Shown here: positions 13,633-26,227 of the stretch, piece by piece
Layout of the letters: each line of letters begins with the position of its first letter
Position numbering within the stretch: position 1 is the first letter of the stretch
NCBI GenBank assembly: GCA_964016885.1
Contig: OZ024740.1
Location: 49,848,001 to 49,912,000 of the forward strand
Reading direction: 5' to 3'
DNA: 64,000 bases
From: Eledone cirrhosa
Taxonomy: Eukaryota
The notes under the pieces: model-generated
Database searches by the model: none
Seen by the model: the letters and a program-made list of their open reading frames with translations, nothing else
What the model was told of the DNA's origin: nothing
Position numbers and translations under genes: made by a program

Positions 13633-15004
13633 AATTCTCCTCTTCTATCTGTCCAGCTCTATGAATCTCTTAAATGTTTTTTCAGAAAATATAGTAATCA
13701 TATAGTAATCATTATAACCTTAGTTGTAGAAACAGAAATTACTCCTTTATTTTTTTTTCTGCTGTTTTTGGTTAATCATTTTCATTACAGACTCGGATGA
13801 TCGTTCACATTCGGTTACATAATTTCTGTATGACTAACATGCATACTTTTTTTTAATAAGAGAAAAATTCAGAAAATGTAATCACGAATGTTCCTAGCAA
13901 CCTCTCATGCATCATAATATCATGATGCATCTCAAAGATGGACAGTCACTTTGAAGAACAACTTAAATTTTCAAAACAGATTAAATCCCTATGCATCATA
14001 AACAGCCTTCTGTAGAACTTCCCAGGAAATCTTAAGTGACTTAACTGCCTCTCTAGAAAGATCAATAACACAACAATGATTCCTGTCAAGAATGTTCACG
14101 GAGAATTAGAGAGGCTGTTATTACTAAGATTAATGAACAACCGTATAGAACTGGACATAATCAAACTATTTCACTGGTTCCATCAAGCTTTATATGAACT
14201 GACAGAAAAGCTAAAACATTAAACAAAATTGCCACAAAGGTGTTATGTATTTTCAACAGCAGTCGAATACGTTCTTTTTTTTTTACATATTCTTTTCTTT
14301 GGAATGAAATGAACGCTATATCCTTCCGTCTACTTTTTTATGAGAAGAAAAAATCCATGGAAGAAAAAAAAACTGACTTTGTGTGTATACAAACAAAGCT
14401 GTGGGTGTAATGGTGATATCACTACTGATTATTTTCTTTCGTTTATATATAAAACTATATTTATGGGGTTACTGCACACCCATGTCAATAATCTATCAGA
14501 ACTAATTCCTTTCGCCGATATATATGTTTTGTGTGTGCGTGTGTATGTATGTATGTATTATGTATATGTGTATGTGTGTATAAGTGTGTGTATGCGTGTG
14601 TGGGGGAATGGGTGGGTGGGTGTGTGCGTAAAATATGGTAAATATTTACAACTAACATCAAAAGGACATTACTCATTATTTTTAGTCAATCTACCAACAT
14701 TCTATCCCTAAATTCTTTATAGTTGTAATCTCGCCCTTATGTCAACAGGTTTATGATCAAAGGTGTTCCTGCAATCAACATCCCATCTCTTTCTAAACAT
14801 AATATGCTTAGGAGGATATTATTCAATGTGTTCTTTCTTTTAGAATAATATTTAGCAGCCATTTCTAGCAGATCAAACAATCACTTAAGAACTCGTACAT
14901 ACGTCCTTTCACTCATCTTTGCAATTGCTTCTTCTGAGGGTGTATGGATCAATACATTTTAGTTACTCAGTTAACTAACTCTTGGGAGATTCGATGAGAA
15001 GTTT

Positions 15005-15415
15005 TATTTTTTCTTCTTGTTTGCCCACTTACTCCTAGGAGGCTCATGGGGGCAGAGTCCCCAAGCATGCCTTCAAATGGGTCCTGTCTGAAGCAACTGT
15101 CTCCAATTTATCCGGCTTAATCCACAAGCGAGACCAGCCGAGCTTATGGATGTTACCCAGCCATCTTGCTGAGGGTAAAATCTGTCCAGCGATTCTTTCT
15201 TGGGACATGTGCATAATATCGGTGTTGTGATCTCTTAATTCAGGGAAATACCAGCTCTACCTGGAGTGATCCATAATCTCCGAGCTACGCACTCTATCGA
15301 GTAATGTTACCTTCGGAGAAACCCCATTTCGATCGCTTGTATTTGCGATCGTATTCTTTCGGTCATTACCCAGGATTTATGACCATAGGAAAGGGTTGGC
15401 ACGAAGATCGAATTG
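15005..15415 (-). mobile_element. RTE-clade (Expander/Rex3-like) LINE 3' fragment, decayed
   Basis: Minus strand translates SIFVPTLSYGHKSWVMTERIRSQIQAIEMGFLRR..LLDRVRSSEI, matching the post-RT region of RTE ORFs. Confidence 0.65.
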
Positions 15416-15419
15416 AACA

Positions 15420-15770
15420 TAATGATGGTGGTGGTGTGGATGATGTGGTGGTGGTGTGGATGGTTGTGGTGGTGGTGTGGATGGTGTGGTGGTGGTGGTG
15501 GCGTGGATGATGTGGTGGTGATGGTGTGGATGGTTGTGGTGGTGGTGTGGATGGTGTGGTGGTGGTGGTGGTGGTGGTGGTGTGGATGATGTGGTGGTGG
15601 TGGTGTGGATGGTTGTGGTGGTGGTGTGGATGGTGTGGTGGTGGTGGTTGTGGTGGTGTGGATGATGTGGTGGTGGTGGTGGTAATGATGATGATGACAA
15701 CGACGACGATGAGGGCCGTAATGACAGCGACAACAACGACAACAACGACGATGACGACGATGATGATGAG
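15420..15770. repeat. (GGT)n/(GAT)n/(GAC)n compound trinucleotide repeat
   Basis: Visible directly in the sequence. Confidence 0.9.
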
Positions 15771-16612
15771 GATTTACTGTTGCCAGTTCATATTTAACCT
15801 TGGAACTCGTGTAAAAACTTTCGACAGAGTAAACCCACTTATCGAATCCATTCTAATGAAATACCTTCTGAGTTCTTGGCTTAGATTGAATTATTCTGTC
15901 TATTTTCTATTAAATCTTCACTCTGGTCACGATATTCTTGCTTTATTGTTGCCAGTTTCCAGTTAACCTTGGAACTCGTGTTGTTAGTTACGGCTTCTGA
16001 TTTTATCAGCATATGATTTTGTTTTTGTTTGTTTAGTTGATTGTTTTTGCTTTTATTTTTCATTGATTCGTTGTTTTGTGATCTTGTATTACCATTTTGC
16101 TATGGTTGGATGCATTTTTCTCTTTTATGAGATTGCCGGTTCTATGAATACAGAAACTACTGCAACACAATAGGCAATTGTTGTTTCATTGATGTTTCTT
16201 AGAACTGCTATAGATGATTAGATTTCAGTTGGCCCTAACAAAACACACCTATGATCAAAGCCATGATTGTCCTTTTTATAAATAGGGTGCATTGAGAATT
16301 ACATTATCCAATGGGTTCTTACTTTTTTCAATCATAGGGTGTGATTAGAGAGAGGGGGGAGAGAGGGAGAGAGGTTTGATTACTATTTCTAGCATGCAAT
16401 GAGACCACATAAATGTTCCCTTCTTCAGAAGGGAATTAATATTGATTTCTTGACCTGGCATAACGCTACATATTCTAAAGGCGTGAAACAGTCGATCATA
16501 TCGAGACGATACTTGGCTGGTATTTATTAGATCGTGTACAGAAAGATGAAACGTAAAGTCTGCCTCAGCGGAATTTCAACTCAGAATATACAATAAACTA
16601 TATACTATAAAG

Positions 16613-17142
16613 CAGTCATGGGCAACCTGCGGCCTGCGAAGCTTTCTGAATGGCTCGCCTAAGTCACCTAAGTGAAATCTTTCTGATTTTATTTTTTAAC
16701 CCCAACTTTTCAGCCGTAATTTATCTTTCTATCAAGGGTGGTGGATTTGCTTTATTGGTAGAGGGTCGGACACCATGCTTTGCAGCATAGAGTTACGGCC
16801 CTTTATGATCTGAGTTCAAATCCCGCCCAGGTTAACTTTGCCTTTCATCCTTACGGGGTCGATAAAATAAAGTACCAGTCATGCACTCGGGCCGATTTAA
16901 TCTATTCCCCCCCCCCCCCAATTGCTGGCCTTGTGCCTATATAAGAAACCAATTTATCTTTCTATCATTTTTACGATCGCGGAAATCAACGTGTTCGAAC
17001 TCTGAAGAAACAAATCAAAATAACCTGAGTTACCACCCTTTTTTTTAAATGTGGGCACGGATGTAAGTTAGCGCTTGCAGCCCGCCTGATGATGAGCCAC
17101 ATCTCATGCGGCCCGCTTCTCGAAAAAGGTTGCCCATGCCTG
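16613..17142. mobile_element. hAT-type MITE with 8-bp TSD
   Basis: TIRs CAGTCATGGGCAACC / GGTTGCCCATGCCTG; TSD CTATAAAG at 16605-16612 and 17143-17150. Confidence 0.85.
16736..16950 (+). mobile_element. tRNA-head SINE nested in the MITE
   Basis: Full SINE flanked by the duplication AATTTATCTTTCTATCA (about 16718 and 16951). Confidence 0.85.
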
Positions 17143-17709
17143 CTATAAAGTATTTTGTCTGAAGCTTTACCAATTCTATCAGTTCGCCGTCTCCGGGAAG
17201 AGTTAATATTTGGTACAGAATTCCGCTTATAAACTGACACGTTCTCATAATAATTCAAACCGATTTCTGCTGTGCTCTTTGATGTAATTAATCACATGTT
17301 CAGCCTTCTGTAAAGATATTATCATGTTGCTTTCCATTCCTTCTCATTTTACTAATCATTTTGGTTTTAAATAGCTGCTATGATGCATTTTTTCTATATT
17401 TGTAATTCCATTATCACTAATAATATCTCATTTGATATTACCCAAGCATATTTGTTGTTGATGGGATGATAGAGGTTTAGTGCTCGGTCAGACCTTATCA
17501 AATAGACCTCTGGTTTGAGGAATATTTCGCTGATATTTCTAGCAGACTATATTACTCCATTGAGGCCTATATCTACGGTAACTTTCCATGATGACTATAT
17601 ATAATTTCTATGACTGTCTATATATGTTGTGAATGCATTATGTCTATATACTCAAGAGGATCTATAACCAAATATTTCCCAACAGTGGTCATAGCATTAA
17701 TTTTCGAGA

Positions 17710-17842
17710 TACAGTGAAATTTCATTTTAACGAAATTCACGGGCTATAAAAAATTCTTTATAACAAGATCGACTTAACACATCGAGCGTGTGGCTGAAAA
17801 ATTCGTTATAATGGAATTCGTTAAAACGGAATTTTACCTGTA
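17710..17842. mobile_element. Tigger-like MITE
   Basis: TACAGTGAAATTTCATTTTAACGAA / TTCGTTAAAACGGAATTTTACCTGTA imperfect TIRs with TA ends. Confidence 0.6.
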
Positions 17843-17949
17843 TAATGTATCTATGATAGAAAACGTTTCCATTTTAATACTATTAGAAGTTATTACAGAG
17901 GCTCCTTAATTGACTCTCGAAAGTATCCTTCGGGGGCTTTTGTTGCTCT

Positions 17950-18640
17950 TTCATTGTCGCTTTTTTTCTAAGTTGTATATGTCCATGTCATGTATAGACC
18001 ATATAGGAGACGTTAGTTTAGATTCTGCTTTGACTTTTTAATGTTCTTTTATTGTTAAAGCATTCTCTACACAACTGCCTGTTGACTCACCCTCTGTTTT
18101 ATATGTGTTGGCTTCCATGAAAAGTGAGAATAGTTTTTATTTTATTCTTGTTTCATAACTATTTGTACTTGTTTCTCGTTATTTTTATTCTCCACTCGAT
18201 ATTTTTATACTTCTCCAGTAAGATATTATATAATAGCTTTCTAGTTTTACAAGAACTACCTGTAATCATGATAAATATAATCTTTTTGTATCAGCTTATG
18301 TGCGATGCATTCTAAACGCTATCCTTATTTTTATATTTTGTTTTAGTATTGCCAATTTACGTAACTTCCAATTAAGAATACTACGACCATAATCTATTAC
18401 TGAAATATCTATGGTATTGATACATATTACCTTATTTTTGTTCCCAGTATAGTTTGGTTATAAGTAGTAATCGAATGTGTCTAAAGTAACCTTTTCTTGA
18501 TTATTTAGTATGTATGTCTTATCTTGATTTATGTCTTATCTGATTCTTATCTAACATAGTATTACTGTTTATTTAGTAGCTTTTTTTCTTTCTCATAAGG
18601 TGTATTTTTCTGAACCTAATTCCATGCCGATGTATTTTGG
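17950..18640 (-). pseudogene. Highly decayed R4-like RT fragment
   Basis: Minus strand near 18610-18635 gives DIGMELGSEK, compared with DIKMEFGLDK in element A. The rest is heavily degraded. Confidence 0.4.
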
Positions 18641-19301
18641 TTGCCAAATCACTGACAAAATCTTTGTAAGGATGACGCTGTTTATTGGTTCTACAAACTG
18701 AAATGCCTCATTTTTATTATGGTGACCTGCTAGCTAGTGTACATATTCAGCTATAAGATCCTGAACCCCGGACCACATCCCTACTCACTGTTATCAAAGC
18801 GGAGTTGACCGCCCGCAGATACGAGCACGGGGAGGTGTAGTGTCTGGTCCAACGCCTCTCCCCCTCCCGTCCCCCGAGTCAATGCATTCTCCAAGCTGTC
18901 GGCCGAGACCCAGAGGCTGAGGGTAAGTTAGATGGCAGGGTGAGGATACTCGTTCGGACGTCACTTTCACACATGTATTGGGTGCCTTTTTTAATCCATT
19001 CATTTCATATAATAAACTATTTGTTGTTTTTTAAAGCAATAAAATTATTTATATGTATATGTATATATATTATATATATATGTGTATGTGTGTGTATGTG
19101 TGTGTGTGTTTGTATGTGTGAGTTTGTGGGTGTATATGTGTGTGTGTTTATGTGTGTGTTTGAATGTGTTTGTGTGTGTATGTTTGTGTGTGTTTCTGTG
19201 TGTGTGTGTGTTTGTGTGTGAGTGCATTTGTGTGTGTATGTGTGTGCGTTTGTGCGCGTGTGTGTGTGTGTGTACGTGTTTGTGCATGTGCGTGTGTATG
19301 A

Positions 19302-19340
<39 letters not shown>

Positions 19341-19549
19341 CGTATTAAGAGACTCTAGATGGTGTGTTTGCAGGAAGGCACACCAGTCAATTTATCCAGA
19401 AAGACACGATCGACACTCTCTGTCAAAAAAATGTATTCGTTGTTTCAGTGTCTCAAATAATTCAATTAATCGATTTTGAGGGTTGTGAACAGGGAACAAA
19501 AATTACACGTGATCCTCATACAAAAGACAAGAAATAACCAGGAACAAAT

Positions 19550-19587
<38 letters not shown>

Positions 19588-19670
19588 ACACACACATATA
19601 TATATATATATAAAGGTGTGTGTGTAAGTATGTATACATATATGTATGTATATATATATATATACTGTTA

Positions 19671-19710
<40 letters not shown>

Positions 19711-19758
19711 TATATATATACAGATGTGAGAAAAACCACAGACGCTCCATCTCAACTC

Positions 19759-19800
19759 TTCTTTTTGAAAAGCAGAAGAACTGCGAAACCGGTAAAGGAA
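19759..19800 (+). ncRNA. Decayed hammerhead ribozyme in a short insert between (TA)n tracts
   Basis: ttcttt-TTGAAAA (mutated CTGAAGA)-GCAG/CTGC-GAAA-CCGG-TA-aaggaa. Confidence 0.55.
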
Positions 19801-19863
19801 CCAAATAAATATATATTTTTTTAAAATAAGACTCCAGTTGCATTTTCGATTTCATCTTTTTTT

Positions 19864-19900
<37 letters not shown>

Positions 19901-20884
19901 AAGTTATTTTGAATATCGAAATATCGAGACTGCAGCCGGAGTGGTGTGTATTAGAATTCGTAGAATAATGAGAAGAATTTAATGCAAAGAAGCTGTTAAA
20001 ACGGAAAAATGCCGCCAATAAGAGTGTCGGGTAAAAATTACCTCAACGGATTCAAATCAGTGGCTAGAAGTGTGTTGGCCCGCAGAAGTGATAGGAAGAA
20101 AGGAGAAAAGGCGACGACAGAAGATCACATGCACTCATCAGCTTTTAGACCGGCCGTGCGTGGTTTCAACGATTTAACTAAAATACCACGTAAAGTAGAG
20201 AGCTCGTGCAACAGAGAAATGACTATTTCTGTTGGTATCTTTATATCATTTGTCTTGGTGAACTTTATTCCCTTCCCTTCAATATTTTATCTGACATTCC
20301 CCCCATAAAAATATATGGCATGATTTGAGAGATACTTGGCTGCTGTTTCTTGTGAACGTAGTTTGTTTATAGCTATTTAAATGATATCATATAAACAAAA
20401 TGCATTTATGAGAAGCAAAATCTGACATGTTTAATACTTTAACTACAAGGAACCTAAGAAATAATGTGCAGGTTGAGAAAGAACTGTGAAGCAAACAAGC
20501 ACGAACACCGAAGTGGAAGATAATTGGTGAAAACTACACTAAAAATCTATCAACGGCCACTGAAACATGAGTGTGGGAGACTTCACCTTTCAATCAAAAC
20601 TGAAGACGCTCACGGGTAAATTCGAGCTTTCTCCTGTAGCCAGGAGAAAGCTCGAGCTAGCCAGAGCGGAGGATGATTAGAGTTGTCTGGTGTCTTGAAA
20701 CTCTCTACTTGGCCATACCTACCACCGTTTGACGTGGGCATTTTTTTCTTTGATTGTCCTGTTAAGATATTTTATTTACTATGTTTTTATATATTTTTAA
20801 TTCGTCCTTCTTGCTGTATCACCCACTTTGTCCCTTCTCTGTTTATGATTATTCTTACCACATATGTATACTCAGAGATATGTC

Positions 20885-21035
20885 GGCAAATTGGCAGAGT
20901 CGTTAGCACGTCGGATAGAATGCTTTCTGGTTTTCGTTCCGGCTCTCGGAGTTCAAATCCCGCCGAGGTCAACTTTACCTTTCATCATTTTGAGGTCGAT
21001 AAAAAAAGGTAGCAGTCAAGTACTGGGGTCGATTC
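20885..21035 (+). mobile_element. tRNA-head SINE
   Basis: TTGGCAGAGTCGTTAGCACGTCGG...GAGTTCAAATCCCGCCGAGGTCAACTTT. Confidence 0.75.
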
Positions 21036-21277
21036 TTCTTCTATATCTCTTTCTCACTTTTTATCTTTATCTGGAAGAAATCAGCTGTACTCAGGTTTGG
21101 AGAGAGATGGGTTCCGCCAGGCTTTAAATGCCCAAGAAACGCCGTTTGTCAATACAACGCCCCTGCGACTACCCCAGCAGTTGCGAGACCATACCATACT
21201 CAGATATATATTGTAAATATATAGTGTTTTGTATTTACATGTTAGGTCATGTGGCGAATAAAGAAATTATTATCATT

Positions 21278-21339
<62 letters not shown>

Positions 21340-24300
21340 GGGAAGAAGACGCACGAGGTGGTAGAAGGTCATGAAATCGCTCACGTAAGTTTTTGATTTT
21401 TAACATATTTAAATCAATTGTGAAATAACAATTCTTAGTACAAATGTTGCATAAACCACCGAATCAAGTCCCATAAAATTTCGGATCCATATTATATTGT
21501 TATATCGCTCAAATATTCAATTTTGTATTATATATTTTGTATTCAAAAAAGAAAATGGTTATAAATGGAAGCAAACACCCTTTGTCTACACTATATAGAA
21601 CAGCCAAATAACAGCAATTTCACCAACACCAGAAACTTGATACACCACCTACCCCATCACACTAAATATTTCACCACCACCACCACCAATCCCAGCATCA
21701 TAATAATAATTACTATTATTATTGTCTCAAGTTTTAACAAAATGTTTAATTCCAATTTTACGGGAATACGTCAACACAATATATATTAAACATACGCGAC
21801 ACAAACTCGTATATACTACATATCACAAAACTCAGTAACGACAACGCCACCGCCGCCACCACTCTATCCATCATTGCTACCACTATCCCATCACCGCCGC
21901 CACCACTCCTTCATTGCTACCACCACTATTTCCCTGTTAACTTGAGAGAGAAAGGGGAAGGTGGCGGTATCACTAGACAAGGGAGAGGCTAGCAAAAGAT
22001 ATAAATAGATCGACTTAGTGACCTAGCCACCGGCCAAACGTCAACATCAACAACTATGGCACTGCTGGCTCACCCCTTCCTCACCAACAATATAAAAAGC
22101 CCCATCACCACCACCGACATAGCCAACAACAATAACAGGCAACTTCAGCAAAAAGTATAAAAAAAAGTATATTATATTATTGTAATGCACTGTACGCAAT
22201 GCTCACATTAAGGAACCACTCATGATAATAACAATTTAAAAAAAAACAACAAAAAGAAAACCCCGTGACCAAGAAATACCGGGATGGCGGCCGGCGGGGA
22301 ATAGCCGTGTCTCTAGGGAAGAACGACCCCTCTAGTCTTGGTTGACACTCGTTCTAGAAGTGGTAACACGAAATGATTACCCCTTGGCGGATAAGGATAA
22401 AACGCGACAAAATAAAGTAAATGTCTAATGATAAAATCTCATACCGGATCGGCCGTCACCCGGGTAAAAAAGGGCCGCGTCACTCAGAGAGGAACCAGAC
22501 TGGGGTCGAAAAATCAGCTAATGGTTCAAACCTTCCCATCACTTCGGAGCTGGAGACCTCCCATAACCGGAATACTCCTACTGTTGGCCCTCCATGCTCA
22601 CCACCAAGAAATCCAAGGAAAAAGAGAGAAAAATGGTCAAGGGAAGATAATAAAGAAGTCATTGAGGCTTTCTACACTGCCATGTACTACCCATCAAATA
22701 CATCGAATACAGAACAGACATATATCAACTGGAAAAAGAAACATCCCGAAAACAGAGGCTATATTGACAGTAACAAACTAGCCAATATACGAAGAAATAT
22801 TGTAAGAAAAAAGTTACTAACTGATATAGAAATTAATCAGATTAGCACAAAGTCAGCGAAGGGAAAATGAAACATGTGTCAGTGAAAACGAGGTAAATTG
22901 TAACACTTCGAATCCCAGGGTTGGGGCGGAATCACTGGCAACAGAACAAATTAAAGAAAGGATCGAAAAAGTGGAGGGAGTGCATGCTCAAGATGAAACT
23001 CCAAATGAAAATAATGAGATCGTAAATGATAAAGAAATGAATGAGAATGAACTTGCCAACTTGAAGGATGAAATTATGATCGAATGGATGAAAATGAAAG
23101 AATCTGACATGGGGCAACGAGACACCCTCCCTAAGATCCAGAACTCCAAACAGAACCAAAAGATAATACACAAGACTAACATAATTCTCAAAAACATTAT
23201 CATCACAAACAAACTAAACATTACTGATTTAAATCATCTCTATTATGCATCGGCTAAAGTCACCACTCACTTATGTGGAGTGAAGATGAAAAAACAAAGG
23301 AATTCCCACAAGAAATCTACTTGGCAAGAGAACATCAATCGCCAAATAAACCTTCTCCGATCTGACATAGAAATTTTAACAAACTATAAAGTAGGTGAAC
23401 ATGTTAAACAAACTAAACTTAGAAAATTTAAAAAAAAGTACAGTATAAAATCAACAAGTGACATAGACATGCTGATAGAAATAATCAAGCAAAAAGTGTC
23501 GGCCAAAGCTGCTCGTATAAGGCGCTTTGAAAAACGATCTAGATTCTATAAGGACAATAATATGTTCAAAAACAACCAAAGAAACTTCTACAGAAAAATT
23601 GGTAAGTCAACAATAACTGCTAAATCAATACCACCCAAGGAGGAAGTGCAAGAATTCTGGGAAAAGATCTGGGCCGAAGAAAAAGTTCATAACATACATG
23701 CCCCATGGATAGACAGACAAATGAAAGATACAGCTCACCTTGAGAAACAAATATGGGAAAATATAACAGTTGAACAGTTGCGCTTGGCTCTAAGAAAAAC
23801 CAGCAAATGGAAATCCCCACGAAAAGACAAAATACAAAACTTTTGGATAAATGCCTCCACAGAGTCTCATGAGCTGTTAGCCCAACTTTACAATGAAATA
23901 GTTAAGGAGCCAGAAAAGATACCATCATGGCTAGTTAACGGCATTACATTCCTGCTTCCGAAGAATGATGAGACAAACAATCCCAAAAATTACAGACCGA
24001 TAACTTGCTTGACCACAATGTATAAAATTTTAACATCAGTCCTAACTGAATACACATATGACCACCTGATAACAAATGACCTATTTCCCATTGAGAAGAA
24101 AGGGTGTAAACGAGGCTCATATGGCTGTAAGGATCAGCTTCTGGTTAACAAAATGATACTGGAAGATTGTCATAATAGACACTAAAATCTATCGATTGCT
24201 TGGATAGATTATAAAAAAGCATTCGATAGTTCGCCACACAGTTGGATTGAAAAATGTTTAGAGATTTTCAAAATATCCTCCGTTGTCAGGAGGTTTTTGT

Positions 24301-26207
24301 CATTCAGTATGAAGACATGGAAAACGACACTCCTTTTGAATAGTGAAACAAAATCACTGGAAGCTGGAGAAGTTAATATTAATTGTGGAATTTTTCAGAG
24401 TGACTCTTTATCACCGCTTTTATTCTGCATCGCACTTATACCATTAAGTAAAATGCTCAATGAAACAAAATATGGATATAAAGTCTATGACAAAACCATT
24501 AATCACTTGTTCTACATGGATGACCTGAAACTATTTGCAAAAAATGATGAACAATTGCAAGGGCTATTATCCACTGTGGAGCAGTTCAGTGATGACATTA
24601 AAATGGAGTTTGGACTAGATAAATGCGCCAAAGCAACGTTCACCAGAGGAAAGCTGCTGAAGAGTTCAGACATTAATCTTGATCGGGGGAACGTGATAAG
24701 AGAACTTGATCAAGAAAAAAACTTACAAATATCTAGGTGTTTGTGAAGGAGACGGAATCAAGCACTCGACAATGAGGGAAAGGATAAGGAAGGAATGTTA
24801 CCGCAGAGTAAGAGCAATCTTAAGAACGGAATTGAATGCAAGGAATAGGATCGATGCCATAAACACGCTTGCCATACCAGTAGTAACCTACAGTTACAAT
24901 GTCATCAACTGGTCAAGCACAGAGATCCGTAGGCTCGATACAAAAATTCGAAAATTCTTAACCATGCACAGAATGCATCACCCTAAGGCAGATATAGATA
25001 GAATATATCTCCCTAGGAAAGAAGGAGGACGTGGGTTAATCCAGTTAGACATTGCGTTGAAAACTGCAACAATTGGATTATCTACATATCTAAGGGAATC
25101 ACATGATTGGATGATCAAACTCGTTTTGAAACACGAAAGCATCCAAAGATCATATTCCATTACAAAAGATGCACAAAGATACAGTAATGGACTACAAATT
25201 TCAGAAGTCCCATTTACTGCTGAAATGGAAAACACAGAAAAGGCAAAGCAGGTAAAAGTAACTGCAAAGAAAGAACTGCTACAGAAACTGGCTAAGAAAT
25301 GGCAAGAAAAGCCTCTGTATGGAAAATACCCAGAGCGAGCTAACAATCCTGATGTTGACAAAACTTTAACCCATCAGTGGTTGGCATCCTCTGGACTGAA
25401 ATCAGAGACTGAAGGACTGATTATATCAGCACAAGATCAGTGTCTGCCAACAAAAAATTACCAAGCCAACATAATAGAAAATGGATGCAGCCCATTATGC
25501 CGTGTATGCAAAAAACAACCAGAGACTATTGACCATATAATTTCAATGTGCAGTCCTATAGCTCCAACCGAATACCTAAACAGGCATGACAGAGCTGCAC
25601 AATACATACATTGGATAATGTGTAAGCATTTTGACCTGCCCCATCAAAAGAATTGGTGGGAGCATCAACCACCTCCCATACTTGAAAAAGATCACATCTC
25701 AATCTTGTGGAACTTTAGCATCCAAACAGACCGAAAAATAGATGCAAATAGACCTGATATAATATTGAAGGACTTTAAAAAGAGGGTATGCCTGCTAATT
25801 GATATGTCTGTTCCAATAGACAAGAATGTATCTATAAAAACATTTGAAAAATTGAGCAAGTATAAGGACCTGGAGATAGAAATTGGAAAAATGTGGAAAT
25901 TGAGAACTAAAACAATACCAGTGGTTGTAGGCGCTCTGGGAACGATACCTAAGGGGTCTAATGATTACTTATCGCAAATCCCAGGAAACCCGCGTATAGG
26001 AGAAATACAAAAGATAGTACTAATGGGAACTGCCATATACTAAGGAAGATTCTGTCAATATAAGTACATCACAAGTCTAAACACTAAAGGTGCATGTGTG
26101 AGTATGTATGTTCTTTCTTGAACATGGCGGACCTTGTTGTCTCTTGAGGTCACTGGTTGTGACTTGGTGATAACTCGTATGAACATAAAGCAAGATAAAT
26201 GCAACTG
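21340..26207 (+). mobile_element. R4/Dong-clade RLE non-LTR retrotransposon A, full span, inserted in (TAA)n
   Basis: (TAA)n at 21281-21339 and 26208-26227. Contains a single disrupted ORF with an N-terminal R4-type domain, RT, CCHC knuckle and PD-(D/E)xK endonuclease. Confidence 0.9.
22421..26063 (+). pseudogene. RT-RLE ORF of element A (frameshifts and stops)
   Basis: REKWSREDNKEVIEAFY; NYRPITCL; DYKKAFDS; [13 protein letters not shown]; YMDDLKL; KYLG; RKEGGRGL; CRVC..ETIDHIISMC; RHD; RPDIIL..LIDMSVP..KLSKY. Stop at 24183-24185; frameshifts near 22860, 24720 and 26040. Confidence 0.92.
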
Positions 26208-26227
26208 TAATAATATTAATAATAATA

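Noticed and set aside
20133-20145. Isolated CTGATGA motifs (also near 3986 and 56186)
   Set aside because: No stem II followed by GAAA and NUH could be built, so they are not counted as hammerheads.
21376-21450. ATCGCT start suggesting a U2 snRNA target or gene
   Set aside because: Similarity to U2 ends after six bases; no branch-pairing or Sm region.
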